DNA from: Ruditapes philippinarum
Lineage: Eukaryota
Direction: 5' to 3'
DNA length: 64,000 nt
Assembly: GCF_026571515.1 (NCBI RefSeq)
Contig: NW_026866069.1
Span: 62,001 to 126,000, forward strand
Of the stretch, positions 11,282-24,238 are shown piece after piece. Every line of letters starts with the position of its first letter. Within the stretch, counting starts at the first letter, position 1. The notes under the pieces were generated by a model, which saw only the letters and a program-made list of their open reading frames with translations, had not been told where the DNA came from and made no database searches. The position numbers and the translations under genes were made by a program.

Positions 11282-14164
11282 TTATGCGGGACCATACAGG
11301 GCTGCACAAGCATCAAGCAAAGCGCTGGTGGTAATTGTTCTTAATCTGTACTGTTCCCAAAGGGCCCACAGTCGTCCTTGAATCTTCTTCGTCTGCTTGG
11401 TTTGATATCGTTTAAGTTTCTTCTCTTTCACCAACTTCGTCTGAATTTTCACATCTGCTGCTTCCTTATATAGAAGGGATATCAAAACGTAGAATGGAAG
11501 GTTCCCTTTCCTGGCTCGTCTGTTCAGTTTGTTATGCCAGCCTTCACAGTCGTTATTGGTTCTCACAGATCGTCCAAACTGACACCACGATTCCACAGGC
11601 CAAATGACGTTGTTGATCCAGGTATTCTCGATGTAGTTGATGTAGGCGTCTGTTTCTGGGGTTGAACTCTTCGACTTCAGATACTGGAAAGCTGGTCTAA
11701 TGTCGTCTGCTGGCAGAAGTGGGAGGGAAAACGTCTTCCTTAAAAGTTGATAAACATCATTCTGTTCACTGTAAGCTGTCTGTAAATAAAAAAAATACAG
11801 ATAAATTATTATGATTCATGTATATATAAGATATATGAGAGACTGACTTTTATAGACATGGAACAATTAATTTAACTAATAAAATTTATTTATTTTACAA
11901 ACATAATTTTCTTATAAACGTGATTCATTCTATAAATTATTATAGCAAGTAGCGTAATATAGATACCTGTAGACCAAGTTCTTGTACTTTACGGAAGAGG
12001 GCCTGTCCGAAATGAAACGCACAGCCTTTAATGTGGGGATCCTCAAACACGTCTCTTAGCCCCTGCCACATTCCTGCTTCAAAATCAACAACGAATGTTT
12101 CAACGCATCGCCCAGGTGTTAGATTGCTGATCGCTCGGAAGACCTGAAAAAAATTAACCAGTAATAACTGTAGTTTATAGTTTGTATCAAACAGAATAAT
12201 GTAGGAAAAAATCAACAAAATAAAGATAGAGATGTTGTTTTTTTTTTTTGCAAGAAATACAGTTTGCTGAATGTCATCATTTTATTTACAACTCAAGTAA
12301 ACATTAATTATTAATATTTCATTACCTTTTTATAGTCACGCCGTTTTTTCCCAGACATTAGTACAAAACATAAAGGGACCTGCTTCATGTTTTCCCCGGA
12401 CTTGATGAAAGCGTGAACAGACAAAAGTTGAGTGAAGGGAGTCTTCACCACTTTGAATGTACCGTCGATGTACCATGACTTCGCTCTGGAGAGAAGGCTG
12501 AGCTGTACGTCTGTAGACAGGATAATATGTTTTCGGTCCTTCACCGTCACTGTTTCCCGGTAGAAAGGTTCTTCTATTGTTCGACCAAGGTATTCCTCGT
12601 CAATCTGAAAAATATAAAATATTATAATTTAAATTATAACAATAATAATATTCGTATTCACGTTTATATATACATGTATATAAATGTATAAAAAAATATT
12701 TTAATTGTGATTGCTTTAATTTATATAAACTCTTTATATTTTTGTTTTTTTATACTTATGTATATGTTTTACATCAAGATTAAAATATGTATGATTTATA
12801 CCTCAAAATCAAGAGTTGTTGTTGTGCGCGACTGCACATCTGGTAAAGTGCCTGATCTGTGGTTCGAGAGGCTTCTGGTTGATTGGCGTCTTGTAGTGAA
12901 TCTGTTACGTTCTTCACAATTACTGGTGCTGTTTCGAAAATATCGGTGACGGCAACCTCCTTCAACTGGAAATATAAATTGATTTAATACATATATCATA
13001 TATATTTGTTATATATTGCATGTGAGAACAATGAAAACATATGATAATTATTTATTCATTTTCCATTTATTTCTTTAATATTTTGGTTTCAGTGTAATTA
13101 AAATTCATGTTAAACTAGCCTGGTTTTCTTACATATGCTATAAATATCTTCATTTTTTTCCTTGTGATGACAGCTTTAAATTTTGATTTAGAAAATGGTT
13201 GAGTATTGTAATCATTGAATATATTGATGATAACGTTACCTTCTTTTTCACTTGAACTGACACGCTCAGTCCAGGTTTAGACGGATGACTGTGACCAACA
13301 CTTGATGGGTGAAACGAATCCCCTTTCTGTTTAACGATAGCGCTACACTTTAAGTCCTTTCTTCTAACACTACACCGCCACTCTACAACGCCTGAATTGA
13401 ATGTTCTATTGATAACAAACGAATACCCATCCGATGTCACCAATTTCGGTTTCCCTCGTTCAGTACCCTTCTCTATTACTTCGTAAATCACTTCTGATGC
13501 TGATGGTACCCCCACAACAGTGTCATCGGGAATATCAGTCTCTATATTGTCAGGTTCAATATCTCTAACGGTCCCTGGCACGTCAAATGTACTGGTGTTG
13601 TCGGCGCGAACGTAATCACTAATTTCTTCTATCATGGAGACACTAGAGTTACAGACTGGTTCTGGCACTTCCAGATCACAATAGATCATTGTCACATCTT
13701 CACAGTTGTCGACTTCCATCGGTTCTACCTCCATTGACTCGTCATCAAAACGGCAAATTGCGCATATAAAATGCAGATCAATATTACCCTCTACGGCTGC
13801 ATCGTAGTCTTGCTGAGAAATACCTGCAACAATAAAAAATAATGTTTTAACAAAGCACATTTTTTATTAGTTATATTAACAAAGCACATTTTTTTATTAG
13901 TTATATTATTTTATCTATTTAATATGTATGAAGCTTAGTAAATTTAAAAAAAATAGAACAAAAAAAAAAAACAGTAAACATTTTGACATTGTTCATTTTC
14001 GCAATATTAAACTTTTTTTAATATAGTATGTAATATTTCATCTTAAAATTAATCATACCTGTGTTTCCACATTTTATATGCCATCTTTGACACTTGTCAC
14101 ATGTTACAGCACGTGAGTTACTGTAGATACGTCTTAAACAGAATGAACAAGGAGGAGCAGGCAT
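11282..14164 (-). pseudogene. MULE transposase (PHD finger + FLYWCH + DDE), 6 exons, one frameshift
   Basis: Exons 14164-14059, 13823-13240, 12965-12802, 12604-12326, 12143-11967 and 11779-11282. PHD: CSFC..CDKCQRWHIKC..FICAIC. FLYWCH: LVTSDGYSF..WRC..C..HSHP. Catalytic motifs WYIDGTF, VVDFE, GCAFHF and RTNNDCEGWHNKLN. Exon 3 is 164 nt between two phase-0 junctions, so the frame is broken. Confidence 0.85.
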
Positions 14165-15544
14165 GATTTTGTTTTCGTTATTTTTCGTTTGTATACTATT
14201 TTGTGTATGATTTTAAGTTGTGCAAGATGGTGTTTTTAAACCCTCTAAAACGTCATATATCGCTCAAATTAATTTGTTAACAAACATAAGCTTAATTACC
14301 GCATTGTTTTGAAAACTGCTCACGTTGTCAGCTAAATAAAGGATTATTTCGGCGTCAATTAAATATTTCTACAACAATCCTAAGGTGATTGGCTTGCTTA
14401 GATTAAAGGTGTGACAAATGTTTTAGATGTGCGTTCTTTAATCAATTATCGTAAATCAATTTTCAAAACACATGTTTTGCAATACTTTTTTTTAAAAATA
14501 TTTGACTTATATATATAATTTATGAAATATGTATTTTTATAAATATATATAAATATATATTCTATTTTTTTTCAACATATAATTACTTTCTTGTAAATGT
14601 ACTCCTGTAATAATGTTACTTTGATAAATTGAAATTCCTCGATGGGGGCCTTAACTTCATATTACTTGTATTAAGAAACATTATTAAATTATTGTCATTG
14701 TCAAATTATTAAAACAAAAGGAAAAAGTTTGTTGATTACTAAAAAAATCATTTTTATAATCATACTGTGGCGAATCGTTATTTAACTGTGGCGAATCGTT
14801 ATTACTCTGTGGCGAATCGTTATGTGGCGAATCGTTAGTGTGGCGAATCGTTACTAATTCTTTTTATCTTATGTTGGAGCCAGTAAAATTCGCCAATTAA
14901 AGATTTTATGTGCCAGAATTAATATTTTGGTTCCATAAGCAAGCAACAGTGGGAACCCTGGTAATGGACCATTTACATATGTTTTTAACTTTGTATTGTT
15001 TGTTTAAAAGTCATTCCAGGTATTAAGTACTTAAAAACAAAGATGGTTGCCATTCATATGAGGTTATTTACGTACAAAATTATTGTTCGAATTTGGAAAA
15101 AGAATTACTCCAAAATATTTGTAAGAAAGAAATATGTTTGTATGTTACTTTAAAATCAGATGGTGAATGCAAGAAATCTTTGCTTAACTATTTCAACATT
15201 GCTTCAAATATAATATTTTGTTCAGAAACATTTTATTCAGATTTATATACAATTTTGTGTTAAATAATTGAGAAACATTCTTTTGTATAATTTTTTCAAG
15301 AGTGGACATTAAGATTGTTGAAACAAGATAATTTTATCATTTATGATTATTTATATAAAATATATAATTAGATATATAGCTTTATACAGTTAAAGCTATG
15401 TAATGAGAAAATATAAATCGACAAAATGTTGTATTATAATTAGGAATGACAAACACTGAGTTCATGGGAATGTTTATTGAAGAATATGGACTTAAGTAAA
15501 TAAGTATCAAATTATTTAGTACATGAAAGAAATTATAATACAAA

Positions 15545-16660
15545 ACAAGAGCGATCAGTGATCACATGTGTCGCCTCATGATGGCTAATTTCATGTTGGG
15601 ACAAGTTTTGTGACAGACTGACAGACAGACGGACAGTGCACAACTAGACTTGGTACTGATCATTCCTGTAAAATTTGGATAAAATTGCGCCTGTAGTTTA
15701 TGAGGAGTTAAGTCCGGACAAGGTTTTGTGTATCTGGCAACACACAGAAAAAAACCACCTTTCTATCAAAGGGCCATAACTCGGCCAAAAATCATTCAAC
15801 CGGAAAACCCATGCAATATGCACAAGGACTTGAGCTACAGATCAATTCTGTAAAGTTTCATTGAAATTGCATTAGTGGTATGATGAAGAGAAGTAGTCCG
15901 GACAAACTTTAAAAATAAAATTTTTTAAAGGGCCATAACTCTGACAAAAATCATTGAACCAGAAAATGCTGACAATATGCACAACTAGACTTGGTACTGA
16001 TCATTCCTGTAAAGTTTGGATGAAATTGCACCAGTAGTTTATGAGGAGTAGTCCGGACAAGCTTTTGTGTATCTGGCAACACACAGAAAAAAAACACCTT
16101 TCTATCAAAGGGCCATAACTCGGCCAAAAATCATTCAACCGGAAAACCCGTGCAATATGCACAAGGACTTGAGCTACAGATCAATTCTGTAAAGTTTCAT
16201 TGAAATTGCATTAGTGGTATAAGAGAAGTAGTCCGGACAAACTTTAAAAATAAAAATTATTAAAGGGCCATAACTCTGACAAAAATCATTGAACCGGAAA
16301 ATGCTGACAATATGCACAACTAGACTTGGTACTGATCATTCCTGTAAAGTTTGGATGAAATTGCACCAGTAGTTTATGAGGAGTAATCCGGACAAGTTTT
16401 GTGACGGACAGACAGACGGACGTTCTCACAGGACAGTAATTATGTGGCTACTCTATTGTTCTCTCTATTGTTCTTTTTAGCAACACAAAAGAAAATAGCC
16501 ACATAAAAGCATTAAGGAATGAATGACATCAAAGAGAAAGAACAGTTACCTACTGTCCCTCTAGCCACATAATTACTCTCCTGTGAGTGCGGACAGACAG
16601 ACAGACCACGGAGAAGTGATCCCTATATGTCACCACTACTCCGTAGAGGCGACACAAAAA
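15545..16660 (-). mobile_element. HINE-like element, family B (alternating about 159/180-bp monomers)
   Basis: End acaagagcgatcagtgatcacatgtgtcgcc, GACA/GACG microsatellites, aagggccataactc at about 15769, 15928, 16108 and 16263, other end ...gaggcgacacaaaaa. Confidence 0.8.
16423..16589. mobile_element. Small MITE (CACTA/CMC-like terminus) nested in the microsatellite of family B
   Basis: TIR ctcacaggacagtaattatgtggcta / tagccacataattactctcctgtgagtg, flanked by cg on both sides; interrupts the gacagacgga run. Confidence 0.65.
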
Positions 16661-16900
16661 AGACATTAATATGCAGGGCTGATCCTGGAGGGTGATACCG
16701 GTGAAAACTTTGCCTTGTATGTTTCAAATACAAACAGTTGTTAAAACAGTTACATGTATTCAAATTCATTAAATTAACTTGGAAAGTCTTCTGATGCCCT
16801 TCTTAGAACTTTTCAACTATAATATGATATCCAGCTTACTGCACTGAATGGAAAACGTTCACCAAATTTCACAAAAAATCACCAATCAACAATACAATAA

Positions 16901-18299
16901 TTTTTATGCCCCCGCCATGTAATGGCCGGGGCATATAGTGTTACCCTGTTCCGTCATTCCGTCATTCCGTCCTTCCGTCATTCTGTCATTCCGTCATCAT
17001 CAGTTTCCGTTCATTATCTTAAGAACAGTTGCACACATTCAACTCAAATTTGACATATGGATATGTCATGAGAAAATACAGGTCAAGTTCGAATTTGGTC
17101 ATGGTTCGATGATTTTTGGCAGAGTTATGCCCCTTTTACTTTGAAAATAATATGAAATTTTCAGTTTCCGTTCATTATCTCCCCAACGGTACAACACATT
17201 CAACTCAAACTTGACATATGGATATGTCATGAGAAAATACAGGTCAAGTTCGAATTTGGTCATGGTTTGATGATTTTTGGCAGAGTTATGCCCCTTTTAC
17301 TTTGAAAATGATATGAAATTTTCAGTTTCTGTTCATTATCTCCCCAACGGTACAACACATTCAACCCAAACTTGATATATATGGATATGTCATGAGAAAA
17401 TACAGGTCAAGCTCGAATTTGGTCATGGTTCGATGATTTTTGGCAGAGTTATGCCCCTTTTACTTTGAAAATAATATGAAATTTTCAGTTTCTGTTCATT
17501 ATCTCCCCAAAGCTACAACACATTCAACTCAAACTTGACATATGATTGTGTCAAAGGAATGCGCAGGTCAAGTTCAAATATGGTTGTGGTTCAATGATTT
17601 TTAGCAGAGTTACGCCCATTTCACTTTGAAAGTAATATGAAATTTTCAGTTTCCGTTTATTATCTCCCCAATGGTACAACACATTCAACTCAAATTTGAC
17701 ATATGGATACGTTTTTGGAATGCCCAGGCCAAGTTTGAATTTGGTCATGGTTTAATGATTTTTGGCAGAGTAATGCCCCTTTCACTTTGAAAATAATATG
17801 AAATTTACAGTTTCTGTTCATTATCTACCCAACAGAGTTACATATTCAACTTAAATTTGACATATGGATATGTCAAAGGAATGGGCAGGTCAAGTTGGAA
17901 TTTGGTCATGGTTTGATGATTTTTTGGCAGAGTTATGTCCCTTTCACTTTGAAAATAATATAGATACATCTTAGGAATAAGCAGTTTAAGTTTGAATTTG
18001 GTCGTGGTTCAATGATTTTAGACAAACTTATCTTTCCTGAATGTTGGAAAAATTTTGAACTTTCAGTTTCAGCACTCATACTTTTAGCCATTATTTTGGC
18101 TACAAATATGCAATATGCTATTTTTAAAAGGTTAAGACTGATTAATTTCAGTGCCTTGAACATTGTATGAAAATGGTTTGTGTTAACATTGAAAAGTTTT
18201 AAGGGCTTTGAACTTAAAATGAAAAAAATAATTAATGCACCATCTGAAATTTTGGCTGCATGCGGGGGCATCCGTGGCATGATGACACATTTCTAGTTT
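16901..18299 (+). mobile_element. HINE-like element, family C (about 161-bp monomers)
   Basis: Start tttttatgcccccgccatgtaatggccggggcata, (ttccgtca)n microsatellite, about 6 monomers, end gggggcatccgtggcatgatgacacatttctagttt. Confidence 0.85.
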
Positions 18300-18788
18300 C
18301 TAATAGCCTTACTTTATACCTGAGTAAACTTTATAAATAAATCTTTAAATGTGTTTTTAAATTGAAGTAATCTTAGGGGTAGATTTGGAGCATCTGTGGA
18401 TATCTTGGGGTATTTAGACTGACCGCAGTGCGAGTCCAAACTTTTGGTGATATTTTTGTCAATATGTTTGGCTGAAAAAAACAAAATTCTTTGATAAAAA
18501 TCTTCGTATAGATATAAATATTACCTAAGTCCATACATTTTGGAAGTGTGAACACCCTTTTTGGTAGTAAAAAAGCACATAGACTCTTGCCAGTTTTCAC
18601 AAATATAAAGAATAAATGTATTTTCAAAGGCAATAAACTATTAAAAATAGGTAAACTTGATATAATTTTTGTCAATAAATGAAGGTACTGGTAAACGAAA
18701 TAAATTTTCCTGGTATCATTCAGATCGTGACTTGATGATTTGTTTTAGGAATGGTGACATTGTGATACAAAATTGAAACAGCTGAATA

Positions 18789-21700
18789 ATGTCAGCTACA
18801 GAGAATAGAGCAGGTTGCCATGGGGATCATGATGTAACCGGAGAAATACAAGAAGATAATGTAACTTCTAAGGAGGCAGTGGATAATTATGGTGCATGGT
18901 ATGAGATTATAGTTAATTTGTCTCTACTCTTTATTCTGGGGGAAATATCAGATATAGTCTTGAAATCAGAATATTGTAACAAATAAAGCAGAAAACTATT
19001 AACTAAGCTCTCATTTTGTGTTTTGCAAAATCAGTTTAAGATGTTATCATGCTTGTTGATGTAATATGGTTGTTTACCCCACTGAAGTTTAAACATAATT
19101 CAACTTACTTATTTAAATTATAACATTTTCGCATGGTATAGTATTACGGCCATATGGTATGTCCAACCTGTTTATTTATAGTCTGTATTATACAGTGAGT
19201 GTCAAAGTTGACTAAAATAAGAATTAATAATTAAAGGGTGTATCTCACTCACTTATTTACGGTCTCTTTCATTTTAGATTGGTAACTGAATACATTTGTA
19301 CTTTTTGAGCTGTGATTTGAATTTAATACAATCTCATTTGAGTAGCTTTTGAGATAGCTTTTGAAAAATTTAATTTTACATAGTTGCTTTTACTAACATG
19401 CAGGTATGAGATTATTGTCTTTTGTCCTATTCTATGTATTTTAAGCTGTGTGCCATCAAAGTTTTAAAGTGATATGCACCATAACAGTGATAACTATTTC
19501 ATCATTAAGATTAACATTGCCTATAATAATTGATACAAATTAAAGTTTAAATAAGATCTGCATATTGCTTAAACAAATCATGATCTTGGACAGGTTAATA
19601 CATGACTCTTTTATAAGCTTATTTACGATTTTTTTTTTCAGTGGAGATCATTATGATGAAATGTCTTCAACAACATTGTTTGATGTGCCATGGGATGATG
19701 TTTTATTTCAATACATTCTACCATTATTGCCAGTACAAACTTTGTTCCAATTACGACGCGTTTGTACCACTTCATTGCTCATGATCAAAGAATACTTCAG
19801 CCAGAGTAAAGAAATAAATATTGCCAGAATAGCTGGTAAAGTGACTGCAAAGGCTTTCCATATATTGACAGACGAAAATACAAATTTACTGCGTCTGAAT
19901 TTACGTAATTCAAAGGGATGGCTATCAGACGAGTTATTGATACCAGTTTTAAAATGCAATCCTAAACTACAATTGTTAGACTTGACTAATTGTACTAGTG
20001 TTTCGAACGCAGTACTCCAGTGTGCCGCAGTGCATTGTCCGGGTTTGAAGAAGTTAATGTTACGGGATTGTGTCTGGTTAAGTCCAGAAGGCGTGACTGT
20101 GATAGGTTTATACTGTAAAGATTTGGAAACAATTGACTTTAATGGATGTTGGAATGTCAATGACGAGTCTTTGTCTGTGCTAGTTTCAAGTTGTCCAAGG
20201 TAAGTAAAATAATAAATGAGCCGCGTCATGACAAAACCAACATAGTGCGTTTGCGACCAGCATGGATCCAGACCAGCCTGCGTATCCTTGCAGTCTGATC
20301 AGGATCCATGCTGTTCGCTATAAGTTTCTCTACTTGTAGTAGGGTTGGTAAGCGAACAGCATGGATCCTGATCAGACTGCACGGATGCGCAGGCTGGTCT
20401 GGATCCATGCTGGTCGCAAACCCATTATGTCGGTTTTGTCGTGACGCAGCTCAAATATCTTATGGTCAATGCTTATAAACATCCATTAAATACAAGTATA
20501 TTTATGACAAGTACATGACTTTGTAGTAGGTTGAACAAATCAATCGATGTAAATTTAACAACCATATCACAAAAAATTTTGCTTTATGTTATTTCTTATG
20601 GAAGGCCTGTATTTGTGTTGTAAGTATTAAAGTAAAATACATGTGTGTAAAAATCTAAAAGACTGAAGTGGATCGATTGATACAATATAAATGTCATATG
20701 TGAATACTTCTGTAAATGAAATTTCAAATTTAGCTGATTTTTCCTTAGATTGCTGTGTCTGAGTCACTTGAGTTGACTTTATAAAATTTTCATTCCTCTG
20801 TTTAGTTATTATAATTATCTTTAAATAAAGCTCATTATGACATTGTGCCAATTTGTGGACACTCAACAAAACATTGTGCCAATTTCCCGACACACTAAAT
20901 GAAAATCAAACTGTGCCACTTTGTGTACACTATATGACATTGACATCTGATACAAGATTTTTTTTCTGAAATCTTAAGGAATGATGATGAATTTTTCGTT
21001 TTTACCACACACATTCTTTCAGCCATAACTTAATTATTTTTGTTGTTATTTAGATTGAAATCCATTCAGCTTGCGAAGATATATGGACTAACAGACAACT
21101 CAATGACAGTACTAGCTAAATGTAGCAGTCAGTTATATCATTTAAACATTCAAGGATGCTGGAGAATCACAGATGACAGTATCAGGTATCTAACATTCTT
21201 ATATTTTATATCCTTTGTTACATACAGTTAGAATTTTCTAGAGCATTCTACACAGATACCTGCTTGTACTTGAAAAGTGCAAAAAGGTCATCTGAGGGTC
21301 TCCGTTAACTTGTTAGTTTAATGAGTAAGTTGCTAAAGTTAGATTTCTGCGTTGTTTGTAATGATGTAGGGATGTAGTTTAAAACCAATTGAAAACAGAA
21401 CCCGCTGGATCCTTTGTCAACACAGTATAGAGCCAGGCCAGTCAGCACATCCATTCAGTCTATACTGTTGACTAATTGATCTAAGTACATGTATCCCTAA
21501 AATAGATTATGGACAGTTCCGAAAATGTTTTACTTTAAGTGCTGAATTTATTCACTTCAAAATACAAGTCTTAACTTCATAATTATGTCTCCCCTACCTC
21601 GGGGGGAGACATATTGTTTTTGCCCTGTCCGTCCGTCAGTCCGTCCGTCCGTCAGTCCGTCCGTCCATTCTTCGTTTCCGGACGATAACTAGAGTTCCTT

Positions 21701-23790
21701 TTGACCTACAGCTCTCAAACTTCATAGGATGAATGGTCTTATTGAGCAGATGATCCCTACTGTTTTTGGGGTCAGTAGTTCAAAGGTCAAGGTCACAGTG
21801 ACCGTTGGTCAATTTCTCATTTCCGGATGATAACTAGAGTTCCTTTTGACCTACAGCCCTCAAACTTCATAGGATGATTGGTCTTATAGAGCTGATGATC
21901 CCTATTGTTTTTGGGGTCAGTAGGTCAAAGGTCAAGGTCACACTGACCGTTGGTCAATTTCTCGTTTCCAGATGATAACTAGAGTTCCTTTAGACCTACA
22001 GACCTCAAACTTCATAGGATGATTGGTCTTATTGAGCAGATGATCCCTATTGTTTTTGGGGTCAGTAGTTCAAAGGTCAAGGTCACAGTGACCGTTGGTC
22101 AATTTCTCGTTTCCGGATGATAACTAGAGTTCCTTTTGACCTACAGCCCTCAAACTTCATAGGATGATTGGTCTTATAGAGCAGATGATCCCTATTGTTT
22201 TTGGGGTCAGTAGGTCAAAGGTCAAGGTCACAGTGACCGTTGGTCAATTTCTCATTTCCGGATGATAACTAGAGTTCCTTTTGACCTACAACCCTCAAAC
22301 TGGGGGGAGACATATTGTTTTTGCCCTGTCCGTCCGTCAGTCTGTCCGTCCGTCAGTCCGTCCATTCTTCGTTTACGGACGATAACTAGAGTTCCTTTTG
22401 ACCTACAGCTCTCAAACTTCATAGGATGAATGGTCTTATTGAGCAGATGATCCCTATTGTTTTTGGGGTCAGTAGTTCAAAGGTCAAGGTCACAGTGACC
22501 GTTTGTCAATTTCTCGTTTCCGGATGATAACTAGAGTTCCTTTTGACCTACAGCCCTCAAACTTCATAGGATGATTGGTCTTATAGAGCTGATGATCCCT
22601 ATTGTTTTTGGGGTCAGTAGGTCAAAGGTCAAGGTCACACTGACCGTTGGTCAATTTCTCGTTTCCGGATGATAACTAGAGTTCCTTTAGACCTACAGAC
22701 CTCAAACTTTGGTCTTATTGAGCAGATGATCCCTATTGTTTTTGGGGTCAGTAGTTCAAAGGTCAAGGTCACAGTGACCGTTGGTCAATATTTCTCGTTT
22801 CCGGATGATAACTAGAGTTCCTTTTGACCTACAGCCCTCAAACTTCATAGGATGATTGGTCTTATAGAGCAGATGATCCCTATTGTTTTTGGGGTCAGTA
22901 GGTCAAAGGTCAAGGTCACAGTGACCGTTGGTCAATTTCTCATTTCCGGATGATAACTAGAGTTCCTTTTGACCTACAACCCTCAAACTTCATAGGATGA
23001 TTGGTCTTATTAATCAAATGATCCCTATTGTTTTAATGGTCAGTAGGTCAAAGGTCAAGGTGACCGTTGGTTAATTTAGACCTACAACCCTCAACATTGT
23101 AATTTGAGTTGTCTTTCAATAGTGTAAAAAAATCTGACAATATGAACGTTTGTTTCAAGTATCATCAAAATCCTTTAAAGGTTTGAAGAATTATGGAGCA
23201 GACACAATTTCATTTAATTTCATTTGTGAAACTATATATGATATGACCATCAAGTGCAATTTCGTTTGACGCCCGCCTGCCATACGCTGATTGAATAACC
23301 AGGATTTTCAAAATTGAATACCTGGTTAAAAACAAACAGTTTAGGAAGCATCTTCTCATACAACCTTAACAATAGAAACCATCCATAGACAGCCTTCATT
23401 GAAGTGACTACCGGGTATTTACATTATCTTATCTCCATTTCCATTCCTGTTTCCATTCACAGTTATTCTCAGCAGTGGGGGAGACATGCGCTTTTTTACA
23501 AAAGCATCCTCTAGTTTAATTCAGTAATACAAGACTTAGTCTTAACTTGATAATTTAATTGAGTAATACAATTACTAAAACATTGTTGTTGTTATTTCAG
23601 GTTTCTAGCAGAATATGGTAAAAACCTGAAGATGTTACAGATACGTGAATGTCATCAAGTAACGGAAATGACATTAGGGAAACTTCGTGAAAATGGTGTA
23701 AAAATGGATAAATTGTCTCCACCAAGCACAAGACCGCGAATAAATCAACTGTTGTGGAGTATGCGGCATAAATTAAATGTCCAGATGTGA
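18789..23790 (+). CDS. FBXL15: F-box/LRR-repeat protein 15 (4 coding exons, about 329 aa)
   Basis: Exons 18789-18898, 19642-20199, 21054-21185 and 23601-23790, with consistent phases. F-box LFDVPWDDVLFQYILPLLPVQTLFQLRRV, cysteine-containing LRRs (LDLTNCTSVSN, LRDCVWLS, FNGCWNVND, IQGCWRITD), C-terminus LNVQM. Confidence 0.9.
20218..20452. mobile_element. Palindromic MITE, copy 2
   Basis: Same family as 624-858; 4-bp TSD aaat (20214-20217 / 20453-20456). Confidence 0.88.
21583..23517 (+). mobile_element. HINE-like element, family D (145-bp monomers) with an internal 5' duplication
   Basis: Start ttatgtctcccctacctcggggggagacata, (gtcc)n, 145-bp units with tcaaaggtcaaggtcaca, end gggggagacatgcgcttttttacaaaagcatcctctagttt. 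Confidence 0.85.
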
Positions 23791-24238
23791 ATATTATTTC
23801 AGATATAACATAAACATGTAATATGAGTAAATGATTGGCTGGGAGTGATAGCATTACAAAAGAAATACTCCTAAATCTACAGCAAGTTGAAAATGGGTGT
23901 AGAAGCTACAATCGGAACATCTTAGGCTGGCCCTCAACAGCATATCATTATCATTTTGAATAAATATTATGGGAGTCAGAATGTATACATGTAAATGGAA
24001 CATTATCATACATGTATTTAAAGTGCTTTAGAACAATATGTTTCTAAAGTGTTTGATTGAAGAGGCCAATATTTTTTACCGTATTTGCTTGTCTTCTGAA
24101 TTTCATTTGATATTTGAAAATGTGATGACAGAAAAATTTACCAAAGAGGCTGTCAAAAATATTCAGCTATGTGAATGTACATAATCAGTCTTTCAGTATA
24201 CAAACATCGAAAAAAGTTGCAGTGTGTTAGCTCAATGG

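Larger units (their letters stand above)
10441..14860 (-). mobile_element. Full-length Mutator-like DNA transposon (MULE, Phantom-like), 4420 bp
   Basis: About 95-bp TIRs (10441-10534 and 14766-14860), each made of 5 copies of aacgattcgccac. Perfect 8-bp TSD tttttatc at 10433-10440 and 14861-14868. Internal transposase gene. Confidence 0.93.

Noticed and set aside
16938-18675. ORFs within HINE-like elements (also 4506, 26340, 32266, 39176, 39764, 57796)
   Set aside because: Chance ORFs in tandem monomers and AT-rich flanks; no Rep/helicase or transposase motifs.
20975-21030. Possible intronic C/D snoRNA (atgatga box C)
   Set aside because: No downstream box D (ctga) or terminal stem before the acceptor.
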